From an uncultured Verrucomicrobiae bacterium (GTDB taxonomy: Bacteria; Verrucomicrobiota; Verrucomicrobiia; Chthoniobacterales; Terrimicrobiaceae), in the NCBI GenBank assembly GCA_963706955.1, contig CAVPOC010000015.1:1-64000 (forward strand): 64,000 bases of DNA, given 5' to 3'. The position numbers and the translations under genes are program-made. Below the pieces are notes generated by a model, which made no database searches, was not told where the DNA came from, and saw only the letters and a list, made by a program, of their open reading frames with translations. Shown in pieces: positions 34,328 through 44,132 of this stretch. The first letter of the stretch is position 1. Each line of letters begins with the position of its first letter.

Positions 34328-34496
34328 TCGTCCAAGGCCCTGTCTGTAAAGTTTGCGAAGCCGGCCGGTCCAATTTTAGAAGCTGCTTGTTCTTACGTTC
34401 GATGATCGGCCTCGATCTGTCGATCGACTGATGCTCCCGCGATGTGCTGAATTTTCCGGAGCCTTGCGGTGCCCCGGATCGCACGCACTTCAACGA

Positions 34497-34570
34497 TGGC
34501 TGCCCGACATGGATTCGAACCATGAATAAAGGCTCCAAAGGCCTCTGTGTTACCGTTACACCATCGGGCA
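34497..34570 (-). tRNA. tRNA-Gln (anticodon TTG), CCA encoded
   Basis: Minus strand TGCCCGATGGTGTAACGGTAACACAGAGGCCTTTGGAGCCTTTATTCATGGTTCGAATCCATGTCGGGCAGCCA; 7-bp acceptor stem, GGTTCGAATCC T-arm. Confidence 0.96.
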
Positions 34571-34583
34571 ACGAGAGCGGGGT

Positions 34584-34612
34584 AGTATCCGTTGGGTCAA
34601 CTCTTCTATCAA
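34584..34612 (-). promoter_or_regulatory. Sigma70-like promoter for tRNA-Gln
   Basis: TTGATA-N17-GATACT on the minus strand followed by GC-rich CCCCGC. Confidence 0.5.
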
Positions 34613-34628
34613 TTGAAAAGAGCGCAAC

Positions 34629-35951
34629 TCATGGAGAGGCGTTCAACAGCCGAGCGCACATGGCAAAAACCGGACTAAACTCTTCCGGGTTGCGGCGAAG
34701 CCATCTGCAAACCTGATCGAGAGTGAAAAAGGCCCCCGTTTCGATCTCCAGAGGAGCGAGAGAGAAAGGCCCGTCGTGCCTGCCGCGAAAAACCGCAATG
34801 AATTCCCAACCGGTGGCAGCGGAACAGGGCAACTTCCCGATCGCTTCCAGCTGACAATCGATACCGATCTCCTCGCGTAGCTCGCGATGCGCTGCCTGCT
34901 CGTAGGACTCACCCGGAGCCACGTGCCCTGAAGTGGAAGAGTCCCAACGGCCCGGATGCATGTCCTTCCAGATGGAGCGTCTTTGCAGGAAGATTTCGCC
35001 TTTCAGGTTGACGATCAGGACGTGGATGGCCCGATGACGCAAGTTATTCACATGCACGTACTCGCGGGATTCTGCGCCAATGACGCGATCGTGAGCATCA
35101 ACAATGCAAAACATCTCGCCGCGATGCTGCGCCTCGATCGGTCTCACTAGCCGGCAAAGTCGTTCCCACTGAGCGAGAGAGAGTTCCTCTGCACGGACAG
35201 TCTCGTTCACCCCCAGAGCAGCACAGAGCTTCGGCCAAAATTCCTTATGCTCCGGAAGCAGGTTGCGCAACTGCTTCCGGCGTTCTGCAAATCCGCGACG
35301 AACCAATGCCTCGAAGAGCACTTCGTCGCACGGCGCGATATCCGCCATTGCCTTGCGTTCGAAAATAACCACGGCGGAGGAAACCTGAGGCTTAGGGTGA
35401 AAGACCGAAGCGGGAAGTTTTCGTCCGAGCCGAATTTTCCAGCGCCGGGATGTGCAGATCGTCATCGCACCAAATTCTTTCGTGCCCGGTCGGCCGAGCA
35501 ACCGCTCTGCGACCTCCCACTGCAGAGTCAGAACAAGCATTGATGCGGGTGAGAGGGCTGATGTGTATTTCGCAATCAAGGCCGTCGCCGCATAGTACGG
35601 CAGGTTGCCAATAATCTTGACCGTTCCTGAACCGAAGAGCAACCGGAGGTCAAAATGGAGCGCATCAATGTGGAACAGTTCCACGCGACTCGAAGCAAAA
35701 CGCTCACCCAACCACTTTACCATGCGCTCATCCTTCTCGATTAGCGTTAGAAGAATATCTTCGCGAACGAGCAACTCGGTTAGCGCACCCAGCCCGGGTC
35801 CTATCTCCACGACGTGGTCCCCGGCCTGAGCGCGAAGCTGCCCGACGATCCAACGGGCCAGATTCATATCGTGAAGGAAGTTCTGCCCCAAACTTCGGAC
35901 TGGACGCGTGCCGAGCAAGGTCAAGGCGTGCTGAATTTCGGTGCGCGTCAT
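34629..35951 (-). CDS. rsmA: 16S rRNA dimethyladenosine transferase fused to a C-terminal NUDIX domain
   Basis: LGQNFL, VVEIGPGLGALT, GNLPYY, FHPKPQVSS; then NUDIX box GHVAPGESYEQAAHRELREEIGI in the same frame; start reset to MTRTEI. Confidence 0.92.
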   Translation of the reverse strand: MTRTEIQHALTLLGTRPVRSLGQNFLHDMNLARWIVGQLRAQAGDHVVEIGPGLGALTELLVREDILLTLIEKDERMVKWLGERFASSRVELFHIDALHFDLRLLFGSGTVKIIGNLPYYAATALIAKYTSALSPASMLVLTLQWEVAERLLGRPGTKEFGAMTICTSRRWKIRLGRKLPASVFHPKPQVSSAVVIFERKAMADIAPCDEVLFEALVRRGFAERRKQLRNLLPEHKEFWPKLCAALGVNETVRAEELSLAQWERLCRLVRPIEAQHRGEMFCIVDAHDRVIGAESREYVHVNNLRHRAIHVLIVNLKGEIFLQRRSIWKDMHPGRWDSSTSGHVAPGESYEQAAHRELREEIGIDCQLEAIGKLPCSAATGWEFIAVFRGRHDGPFSLAPLEIETGAFFTLDQVCRWLRRNPEEFSPVFAMCARLLNASP

Positions 35952-35976
35952 CCGCTTGGTGTCACAAATTCCTGAC

Positions 35977-36041
35977 TCATTCACAAAAGAGTAGTGAACA
36001 AGTAATCCAAGGACCAACGGATTGTTCTCAAGTTATTCACA
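35977..36041. promoter_or_regulatory. DnaA-box-like cluster 2 (rsmA/sppA divergent region)
   Basis: TCATTCACA 35977-35985, inverted AGTGAACAA 35993-36001, TTGTTCTCA 36022-36030, perfect TTATTCACA 36033-36041. Confidence 0.55.
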
Positions 36042-36117
36042 GGGCCGGGCGGCTCGGAAATGAGAAATCCCCGCTTGAGACACGCTCCGGTATAAGGCAG
36101 CGTATGGACCTGCCCAA

Positions 36118-37122
36118 ATGAAGAAGTCCGGCTGCGTCATCATCGCGCTCTTTGTTGCTCTTTGTGTGAGCATGTTTGTCAACCTGATGCTCTTCGCGGC
36201 TTTGGTGGGTTTGCGCGGCTCGAGCAATGTTACCGCGAGTCGCATTCTTCGTGAGAAGGAGTTTGAGGAAGTTCTCGTCAAGGACGGCACAACTCCGGGG
36301 CAGAAGATTGCGGTTATCCCGTTGGAAGGCATCATCGCCTTCAACCAATCAAGTGGCCTTGGTGAGGATGTGGTTCAGGGTTTCAAGAATGCACTCGAGC
36401 AGGCTCGCACCGATGCCCAAGTCAAAGCGGTTGTCATTTCGGTCGATAGCCCCGGCGGTGAAATTACCGCGTCCGACGTGCTCTACAACAGCTTGAGGGA
36501 ATTCAGCAAGGAGAAGCCGTCGGTGATCTATTTTAACTCGATCGGAGCCTCCGGTGCGTACTACGCAGCATGCGGAGCCAGCTATATCATGTGCAACGCC
36601 ACCACGTTCACTGGCTCGATCGGAGTAATCATCTCGACGCTCAACTATCGCGACCTTTTGGGAAAGGTCGGTCTCGAGGCGGTGGTTTTCAAAAGTGGGA
36701 AGTTCAAGGATATGCTCAGCGGCGCGCGGGAGATGACTCCGGAAGAGAAGGCGTATGTGGAGGGTCTCGTCATGCAGAGCTACGATCGCTTTGTCGGAAT
36801 CGTGGCCAAGTCGAGAAACCTTGATGAACAGAGCCTGCGTGGCGGTGTTGCCGATGGCCGTATCCTCAGCGGAACCGACGCCTATGCCGCAAACCTCGTG
36901 AACCAACTCGGCTATGTCGAGGATGCTTTTGCGAAAGCTCGTGAACTCGGTGCGGCTCCGGGAGCACGTGTCGTTCGCTACAAGCGACCAATATCTCTAG
37001 GCAGCCTCTTAAGGATGCTTGGTCAAACGGAAACACCTTCAATCAAGGTTGACTTCCTCGAAGGTGTTCCCCGCCTCCAACCGGGACGAACTTATTTGCT
37101 GCCGCCCTTCTTTGCACCGTAG
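36118..37122 (+). CDS. sppA: Signal peptide peptidase (S49)
   Basis: N-terminal TM, DSPGG, ASGAYY, TGSIGV, KSGKFKD. Confidence 0.93.
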   Translation: MKKSGCVIIALFVALCVSMFVNLMLFAALVGLRGSSNVTASRILREKEFEEVLVKDGTTPGQKIAVIPLEGIIAFNQSSGLGEDVVQGFKNALEQARTDAQVKAVVISVDSPGGEITASDVLYNSLREFSKEKPSVIYFNSIGASGAYYAACGASYIMCNATTFTGSIGVIISTLNYRDLLGKVGLEAVVFKSGKFKDMLSGAREMTPEEKAYVEGLVMQSYDRFVGIVAKSRNLDEQSLRGGVADGRILSGTDAYAANLVNQLGYVEDAFAKARELGAAPGARVVRYKRPISLGSLLRMLGQTETPSIKVDFLEGVPRLQPGRTYLLPPFFAP

Positions 37123-37272
37123 TCTTCTGATAGCTACGCATATGCCATCTAGCCTCCAGGTTCGGAAGGTGCGAGGAGGGCGTGCGTTAGTGATCATGGA
37201 GGGCCGCTGCCAAAGCGATGGAAGATCGCGTCACACGATCGTAGACAATTCAACGGTCTCCTCGGGCGTCTA

Positions 37273-38052
37273 GTGGAACTACTTTTCTCGGGAACCCTCA
37301 GCGTCGGTAGTTTGGTCTACTTTTATCGGCTCGCGACCAATCCGGCAGCCTTCCAATCCAGCTCGCACATCCGGGCTCAGGCCTACGGAACTCCTGACGT
37401 TGTCTTCACCACGGTCCTGGTCCTCTTGTTGCTGATTAACATTTTGGGTTCAAGCGATCGCCTGGTGGAGCTGGACACGCAAATGCTGATCGTCGGTGCC
37501 GTCTTTTCGCTTTTGTTGTTATCTATTGTTCTAAGTTTTCTACTTCTTCGGGCTCGAAATCCGCTGGAACTTTTCGGACTACAAGGCGTCTCCTGGTCGA
37601 CAAACCTGAAGGCCGCCTTTGTTGGTCTGCTGGCGGCTTTGCCATTAGTCTATTTTATTCACTCTGTCTGTCTGGTACTTTTGGGTGCCCAGGCCGAGCC
37701 GCAGCCGCTGATCCAATTTCTTGCTCAAAACCCCAGCCTGGAGGACCGGATCCTATTGATTGGCACGGCGCTGGTGATTGCACCAGTGGCAGAGGAATTG
37801 ATCTTCAGAGGCTATCTGTTTGGAGTGCTTTGTCGCTACACCGGTAAGTGGTGGGCTTTACTGATCAGTGCCCTGATATTTGCCGCAATCCATGCGCACA
37901 TCCCCTCCCTCGCCGGCCTCTTCGCTCTCGCCATCACGCTGACGTTGGTTTACGAAGGAACGGGGTCTCTTTGGGCTGCCATTCTCATGCATTCGCTTTT
38001 TAATGCGATCACAGTCGTCTTCACGCTCGCATGGCCAGATCTGGTGAAATGA
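37273..38052 (+). CDS. CPBP (CAAX/Abi) intramembrane protease
   Basis: APVAEELIFRG, FAAIH, HSLFN; multiple TM helices. Confidence 0.88.
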   Translation: MELLFSGTLSVGSLVYFYRLATNPAAFQSSSHIRAQAYGTPDVVFTTVLVLLLLINILGSSDRLVELDTQMLIVGAVFSLLLLSIVLSFLLLRARNPLELFGLQGVSWSTNLKAAFVGLLAALPLVYFIHSVCLVLLGAQAEPQPLIQFLAQNPSLEDRILLIGTALVIAPVAEELIFRGYLFGVLCRYTGKWWALLISALIFAAIHAHIPSLAGLFALAITLTLVYEGTGSLWAAILMHSLFNAITVVFTLAWPDLVK

Positions 38053-38963
38053 GGCTTCGGGATCTCGGCGAAGATCGGCTTCTCGAGATCCTTCTGCCTA
38101 ACCTTCCCGTTGGACGAGATACAGTCGTCGGAACCGGCGACGATTGTGCTGTCGTGAAAGCGCCAGGAAATGGGATGATGCTTCTCCTGAAGACCGACTG
38201 CATTGTCGAGGGGATTCATTATTACGCCAACGAGGAACCTGCGCGAGTGGGGTGGAAGGCCCTCTGCCGAACTCTGAGCGACGTGGCCGCGATGGGCGGG
38301 GAGCCACTCCATGCGCTGATCACCGTCTTCTCTCCGGAGGATCGTCGCGTGGCCTATTGGAAATCGCTTTACAGGGGTCTTTCCAAGGCAGCCAAGCGCT
38401 TTGGAGTTGGGATCATCGGAGGTGAGACTTCCCGATCTCGCTGCGCCGCGATATCCGTCGCGATGGTCGGCCGCGTCGAGGCTGATCATTTGGTAACAAG
38501 ATCGGGCGGCCAACCGAAGGACATCCTCTGCGTCACGGGAACGCTTGGCGGTTCGCTTGCCGGAAGGCACCTGGACTTTGTCCCGCGCGTCACCGAAGGC
38601 CGCTGGCTCGGCAAACGGAGATACGCACGGGCGATGATGGATCTAAGCGACGGCTTGGCGGCAGACCTCCCGCGACTGGCGGCGGCAAGCAATTGCAGCT
38701 TCAGGCTCGACGTCAATGCGGTGCCAAAGGCACGTGGGTGCGACTCCAGGCGAGCCATCTCCGACGGAGAGGACTATGAATTGCTCATCGCGGTCTCCCC
38801 ACGAATGATCGAATCGTTGCGCCGCAGCTGGAGGAAAATTTTCCCCAAGCTCAAGTTGACAGCGATTGGCGAACTCACCGAGCCGGGAACGCCGCCTGTC
38901 GGCCTACCGCGCGGGTTTGACCATTTTTTGTCTGGCGCGAATCCACCCGGCCACGCCAGCTAA
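38049..38963 (+). CDS. thiL: Thiamine-phosphate kinase
   Basis: GDDCAV, LSDVAAMGG, IIGGET, MMDLSDGL, GEDYELL; ATGA overlap. Confidence 0.93.
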   Translation: MRLRDLGEDRLLEILLPNLPVGRDTVVGTGDDCAVVKAPGNGMMLLLKTDCIVEGIHYYANEEPARVGWKALCRTLSDVAAMGGEPLHALITVFSPEDRRVAYWKSLYRGLSKAAKRFGVGIIGGETSRSRCAAISVAMVGRVEADHLVTRSGGQPKDILCVTGTLGGSLAGRHLDFVPRVTEGRWLGKRRYARAMMDLSDGLAADLPRLAAASNCSFRLDVNAVPKARGCDSRRAISDGEDYELLIAVSPRMIESLRRSWRKIFPKLKLTAIGELTEPGTPPVGLPRGFDHFLSGANPPGHAS

Positions 38964-39050
38964 GAGAATGTTGCAGGACGCAGGCCTCAACAAAAGGACA
39001 TCTCGGCGGGGAAGCCTGGGAAAGAAGTATTTCCTTCGCACAAACGCGGA

Positions 39051-40115
39051 ATGATTCGCTTTAAATATCATCCGCCCGGCACACCGCCAGCAACGCTGGT
39101 GCCGCATACGCCCAAGACAGGCCCGTCGGTTATTACGCTCATCCAATACGACAGCGAGAACATCTTCGAAGCGCAGATCGATACCTTCGAGGACTTGATC
39201 GAGCGATTTGATCCATCGATGACGAATTGGATAAACGTGGATGGCCTTCACGATGTGGCGCTTCTTCGAAAGTTGGGAGAACGTTTCAATATCCATCCCC
39301 TCGCCTTGGAGGATGTCCTCAACACGACCCAGCGCCCGAAAGTGGAAAACTACACTGACCATTTCTTCATAGTCAGTGACATGATCTACGAGGAAAATGG
39401 GAAAATAGTCCTGGAACAGTTAAGCATCTTCCTGGGCAAATCCTTTGTTCTGACAATTCAAGAGGAGAGTGAGCGTGACGTTTTCGAACAAGTCCGCGCT
39501 CGCTTGCGAGCGGGCCGCGGCTACGCACGTAAGATGAAGGCTGATTATCTTGCCTACGCGTTGCTCGACGCCACCGTGGATCAATTTTACCCAATCTTAG
39601 AGTCGCTCGGTGGCTCCATCGAGTCCCTCGAGGAAGAATTGCTGGCCAAGCCCTCGCGAGATACCCTGCGTCGCCTCTACCAACAGAAGCGCGTTTTGCT
39701 CCAGCTTCGCCGGATCGCGTGGCCGCAGCGGGAAATTTTCAATACTGTTATCCGCGACGATTCCGGACTGATCGAAAAAGAGACTCAGGTTTTCCTCCGA
39801 GATTGTTACGATCACGTTTCGCACGTCATCGACATTCTCGAAAACTTTCGCGACCTTTCCACAGGTCTTATGGACCTCTATCTGTCCAGTCTCGGTTTTC
39901 GGACCAACGAAGTGGTCCGCGTTTTGACAGTCATCTCGAGCATCTTTATTCCATTGACGTTTTTGGCCGGCGTTTACGGCATGAATTTCAACACAGAATA
40001 CCGGTGGAACATGCCCGAGTTGAACTGGCCTTTCGGTTACTTGCTGTGCCTTGCAGCCATGGCGTCGATTGCCATAGGGATGGTAATCTTTTTCAAGCGT
40101 AAGAAGTGGCTGTAA
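39051..40115 (+). CDS. corA: Magnesium/cobalt transporter
   Basis: HPLALED, QRPKVE, PLTFLAGVYGMNF, MPEL. Confidence 0.96.
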   Translation: MIRFKYHPPGTPPATLVPHTPKTGPSVITLIQYDSENIFEAQIDTFEDLIERFDPSMTNWINVDGLHDVALLRKLGERFNIHPLALEDVLNTTQRPKVENYTDHFFIVSDMIYEENGKIVLEQLSIFLGKSFVLTIQEESERDVFEQVRARLRAGRGYARKMKADYLAYALLDATVDQFYPILESLGGSIESLEEELLAKPSRDTLRRLYQQKRVLLQLRRIAWPQREIFNTVIRDDSGLIEKETQVFLRDCYDHVSHVIDILENFRDLSTGLMDLYLSSLGFRTNEVVRVLTVISSIFIPLTFLAGVYGMNFNTEYRWNMPELNWPFGYLLCLAAMASIAIGMVIFFKRKKWL

Positions 40116-41212
40116 AATCCATCTTGATTCTGACAGCAGGTTTTGGCGAAGGCCATAACGCCGCGGCTCGCAATCTGCAGGAAGCCATCGCGGCTGAATC
40201 ACCTGACACCCCGTGCGTCGTCCACGACGTATTTCGCGACGCCTACGGGCGACTCACCCGAATCGTGGAAAACGGTTACGTCGCGGTCATCAATCACCTT
40301 CCTTCGCTCTGGCAAACCGCGTTCGAGCTATTCGACCGCACACGCCTGGTCGAACAGCACATCAAGTGGTATGGAGCTGCGGCTCGTCGCTTGACCCAGC
40401 TGATTGCCGAACGCCAGCCTTCAGTCATCGTCTCCACATATCCAGGGTGTAATCATCTTCTTGATCACCTTTTCCGGAAAAGGCTCAAACGTCCGTTCAC
40501 ATTGGTGACAATCGTCACTGATTCGCTGTCCATCAACTCGGTCTGGCACCGCGCACAGAGCGACTTCTTCCTGGTAGCGAATGATCTAACCGCGGAGGTC
40601 CTCGCGCAGGCAGGCGTTCCTATCCAAAAAGTACGGATCTTCGGTTTTCCAGTTCCTCGGATATTTGCCAGCTTCAATGGAACGCGCTCGGTGCCACCGC
40701 CCGATGGACGCTGGCGCGTCCTGTATGTCATCAACTCCGGTCGCCACTTAGCGACCGAAATTACACGACGTCTGCTCGCCCTTGAAGAGGTGAGTCTCAC
40801 GGTCACCGTTGGGCGCGATCACGATCTCGCCCGCCAACTGACGCTCGTCGCGACCGAAAATCGTGGGAGACTCGACATTCGCGGCTGGACGCTAGAAATG
40901 CCTCAGTTGATGGCGGAAAGCCATCTTCTCATCAGCAAGGCAGGCGGCGCCACCGTCCAAGAAGCCCTCGCGGCCAGAACCCCCCTGATCATCACGCAGA
41001 TTGTCCCCGGGCAGGAGGAAGGCAATGCCCGGCTCGTTATCGAAAAAGAAGCGGGAGCGCTGGCGACAACGCCGCTGGAAATCTCCGCCACAACACGTCG
41101 AGCGTTTGCCAATGGCGCTCAAGAGCTGCTTAGATGGCAGCGTGCAGCCGCCTCGCTCGCTCGACCCAATGCGGCCGATGAAACCGCCCGGTTTGTCCTC
41201 AGCCTGATTTAA
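40106..41212 (+). CDS. MGDG synthase/UgtP-family glycolipid glycosyltransferase (GT28)
   Basis: GFGEGHNAAA, IVTD, GFPV, ISKAGGATV.E, PGQEEGNA. Confidence 0.88.
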   Translation: MAVKSILILTAGFGEGHNAAARNLQEAIAAESPDTPCVVHDVFRDAYGRLTRIVENGYVAVINHLPSLWQTAFELFDRTRLVEQHIKWYGAAARRLTQLIAERQPSVIVSTYPGCNHLLDHLFRKRLKRPFTLVTIVTDSLSINSVWHRAQSDFFLVANDLTAEVLAQAGVPIQKVRIFGFPVPRIFASFNGTRSVPPPDGRWRVLYVINSGRHLATEITRRLLALEEVSLTVTVGRDHDLARQLTLVATENRGRLDIRGWTLEMPQLMAESHLLISKAGGATVQEALAARTPLIITQIVPGQEEGNARLVIEKEAGALATTPLEISATTRRAFANGAQELLRWQRAAASLARPNAADETARFVLSLI

Positions 41213-41228
41213 CTGAATCGAGGTGACT

Positions 41229-41867
41229 TCACGTTTCACAATATCGGTCGCCAGCGTCCCCTAGTCCCGGGACAATGTAGGCGCGTTCGTTGAGTTTTTC
41301 GTCGAGAGCTGCGAGAAAGATGGGGACTTCAGGATGCTGTCTTTTGAAATGTTCCGCCCCCGTGATGCAGCCAAGTAAGGCTATCAGGCGAAGGCGTCTG
41401 GCTCCCTCGGCCTTGAGCTTGGCTGCCGCATCTGCGGCGCTATTCCCCGTGGCCAGCATCGGGTCAACCAGGAAGATGTCAGAATCTGCGAGATCAAGTG
41501 GCGCTTTGAAGTAGTAGCTCATCGGTTCAAACGTCGTCTCATTCCTGTAAGTGCCCACATGGCCGAGCCTTGCCTCCGGAACGACTTCCAACATTGCTTC
41601 CGCCATTCCAAGACCGGCGCGGAGAATGGGGACGACCGTTACCCGTTTGAAAAGTTTGTGTCCTTTGCATCGTTCGAGCGGCGTCTCGATTTCGATCTCC
41701 GCGACTTCGAGATCACGGGTGGCCTCAAAAGCCAGCAGCGCAGTCACCTCGTGCAGCGTCCTCCGGAAAAGCTCAGTCGGAGTTTCCTTGTTCCGTAAAA
41801 TCGTCACCTTTGACTTGATGAGAGGATGATCAACGATAGTGCAGCCGGCTAACCTACGCTCCAACAT
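41229..41867 (-). CDS. upp: Uracil phosphoribosyltransferase
   Basis: VDHPL, VPILRAGLGM, DPMLATG, YIVPGLGDAGDR. Confidence 0.97.
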   Translation of the reverse strand: MLERRLAGCTIVDHPLIKSKVTILRNKETPTELFRRTLHEVTALLAFEATRDLEVAEIEIETPLERCKGHKLFKRVTVVPILRAGLGMAEAMLEVVPEARLGHVGTYRNETTFEPMSYYFKAPLDLADSDIFLVDPMLATGNSAADAAAKLKAEGARRLRLIALLGCITGAEHFKRQHPEVPIFLAALDEKLNERAYIVPGLGDAGDRYCET

Positions 41868-42024
41868 GTCCCGGAGAATACATGATCGCCCCAAGGAGGA
41901 CAGGACACAGTCGATTACTGATCGAACCGGCACGCGAACGCCCTCGCTCCGCTGCGCCTAACCGTGGCGGATGCACCTGACGCGTGACATGCGCCGATTT
42001 TTTCAGACACTCTTCGGAAAAACG

Positions 42025-43035
42025 ATGAAGACAAAAGTCAAATGGGGAGTTCTTGGCGTGGCGGAGATCGCCATCAGAAAGGTTATCCCAGCGATGCAAC
42101 GGGGCGAGTGCTCGGAAGTCGTCGCCATCGCGTCGAGAGATTTGGAGCGTGCGAAATCCGCGGCCACGAAGCTCGGAATTTCCAAGCCCTATGGATCGTA
42201 TGAGGAGCTCTTAGCGGATCCTGACATCGAAGCCGTCTATAATCCCCTTCCCAACCACCTTCACGTTCCCTGGTCAATCAAGGCCATGGAGGCAGGCAAA
42301 CATGTGCTTTGCGAAAAGCCCATTAGCCTGACCGTCGACGAGGCAAAAGAGCTGCTGAAAGCCCGGGATCGAACCGGTATGAAGATCGCGGAAGCCTTTA
42401 TGGTGCGAACCCACCCGCAATGGGTAAAGGTCTTCGAGTTGATCGCTGCCGGCAGGATCGGCGCGGTCCGCTCGATTATCGGTTACTTCAGCTACTTTAA
42501 TCGGGATGCGAAGAACATCCGCAACATTCTCGCCTACGGCGGAGGAGCCCTCATGGACATCGGGTGCTACCTCATATATACCTCACGATCGGCATTCGCC
42601 GCCGAGCCCACACGCGTTTGCGGTCTCATCGAATTTGACCGAGACACTGGAACCGACGTGTTGAGTTCCGCCATGCTCGACTTCCCGACCGGCCAGTCGG
42701 TATTCACCTGCAGCACGCAAGTGGTCCCCTATCAACGCGTCCAGATCCTGGGGACCGAACGAAGAATCGAAGTAGAAATACCCTTCAATGCTCCGCCGGA
42801 TAAACCCTGCCGCATTTTCGTGGACGACGGTTCCGATTTCTCAGGTCGCAGTGCGGAGATCTTGAAGTTCGCCGTTTGCAACCAATACACCATCCAGGGG
42901 GATTCCTTTTCGAGGAGCATTCGTGAAGGCACTGAGCTTTCTGTCTCCCTGGAAGGCTCGATTCGAAACATGGCTGTCATCGAAGCCGTCCTTCGCTCAG
43001 CCAAATCCAACCAATGGGAAACTCCAGCGGTCTAG
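42025..43035 (+). CDS. Gfo/Idh/MocA family oxidoreductase
   Basis: WGVLGVAEIA, YNPLPNHLH, GKHVLCEKP, GGGALMDIGCY. Confidence 0.92.
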   Translation: MKTKVKWGVLGVAEIAIRKVIPAMQRGECSEVVAIASRDLERAKSAATKLGISKPYGSYEELLADPDIEAVYNPLPNHLHVPWSIKAMEAGKHVLCEKPISLTVDEAKELLKARDRTGMKIAEAFMVRTHPQWVKVFELIAAGRIGAVRSIIGYFSYFNRDAKNIRNILAYGGGALMDIGCYLIYTSRSAFAAEPTRVCGLIEFDRDTGTDVLSSAMLDFPTGQSVFTCSTQVVPYQRVQILGTERRIEVEIPFNAPPDKPCRIFVDDGSDFSGRSAEILKFAVCNQYTIQGDSFSRSIREGTELSVSLEGSIRNMAVIEAVLRSAKSNQWETPAV

Positions 43036-43053
43036 TGGTGACGCGCTCGCCCG

Positions 43054-44115
43054 CTAAACCCGGACGGGGCGCTGCTCCTCGTCAGATTTGAAACAGGCAT
43101 CCAGGATCTTCTGGATCTCGGCGCCCCGGGAGAAGTCCGGCTGATCTTGCTTGCCTGTCAGAATCGAATTGACGAACCGCTTATACATGGTGGGAACGGG
43201 CGCGGTGGTCACGTCTTTCCAAAGGCCTTTATCCAGGTCTTTGCCGACGCTGATACGATATCCTTTGGTCGTCCGTTCGGAATCAATCTCCACAGAGCCC
43301 TTGGTGCCGGAGATCTTGAGGTAAAGGCGATTGATGTGACCACCGGCCCAGCGAGTCGTATGGATGGTGCCAAGCGCTCCATTCTTGAACTCGATGCTTA
43401 GGACGGCGGAGTCGTTCGCATCGAGCACATACTCACCGACCCGGTCGCGGGGAGCTTTTCGGAACGCTTTCAGCCGGCAATACACCGACGAAATGTGCCC
43501 AACCGGATAGGTTGCGAAGTCGAGAATGTGCACGCCGACATCGCCGAGGGCTCCCTTGCTTCCATGCAGTGTGGATAGACGCCAAAGCCATGTCGGGGTC
43601 GTGCGCCAGTCGCCCCAGATCTTACTCGGCAGCCACGATTGAAGATAGCTCGCCTCCACATGCCGCATCTCACCCAGCCCGCCTCGCTGCACCAGAGCCG
43701 CAACTCCTTGAATGCATGACCAGTCGCGGTAGGAGAGATTGATCATATTGATGAGACCGCTCTTGTTGGCGACGGCTACCATGCGCCGAGCGTCGGCGTA
43801 ATTCAGCGCCAGCGGCTTTTCACAAAGGACGTGCTTCCCCGCTTGCAAGCACTTGATCGAAAGTGCCGCGTGGAAAGCGTCCGGAGTGACGTTGCTAACC
43901 GCGTCGATATCGGCGCGAGCAAGCACATCTTCCAGGCTGGTGTAAGCTGCGGGAATTCCGTGCTGCTTACAGAAAGCGCCGGCACGAGCCTGGTCCACAT
44001 CCACTGCAGCCACAATCTGACAATTGGCGACCTCTCGAAATCTCTCGACGTGAAAGTCGGCCATGCGGCCTGTGCCGAGAATCGCCAGACGGACAACTCT
44101 TTTCGTTTTGCTCAT
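43054..44115 (-). CDS. Gfo/Idh/MocA oxidoreductase, ThuB-like
   Basis: LGTGRMA, KHVLCEKP, WLWRLS..HGSKGALGDVGVH; directly downstream of thuA. Confidence 0.88.
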   Translation of the reverse strand: MSKTKRVVRLAILGTGRMADFHVERFREVANCQIVAAVDVDQARAGAFCKQHGIPAAYTSLEDVLARADIDAVSNVTPDAFHAALSIKCLQAGKHVLCEKPLALNYADARRMVAVANKSGLINMINLSYRDWSCIQGVAALVQRGGLGEMRHVEASYLQSWLPSKIWGDWRTTPTWLWRLSTLHGSKGALGDVGVHILDFATYPVGHISSVYCRLKAFRKAPRDRVGEYVLDANDSAVLSIEFKNGALGTIHTTRWAGGHINRLYLKISGTKGSVEIDSERTTKGYRISVGKDLDKGLWKDVTTAPVPTMYKRFVNSILTGKQDQPDFSRGAEIQKILDACFKSDEEQRPVRV

Positions 44116-44132
44116 GACAAGAATGATTCGAA

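Noticed and set aside
35044..35052. Perfect DnaA boxes inside rsmA (35044) and rpmE (50338)
   Set aside because: Isolated and explained by the encoded amino acids
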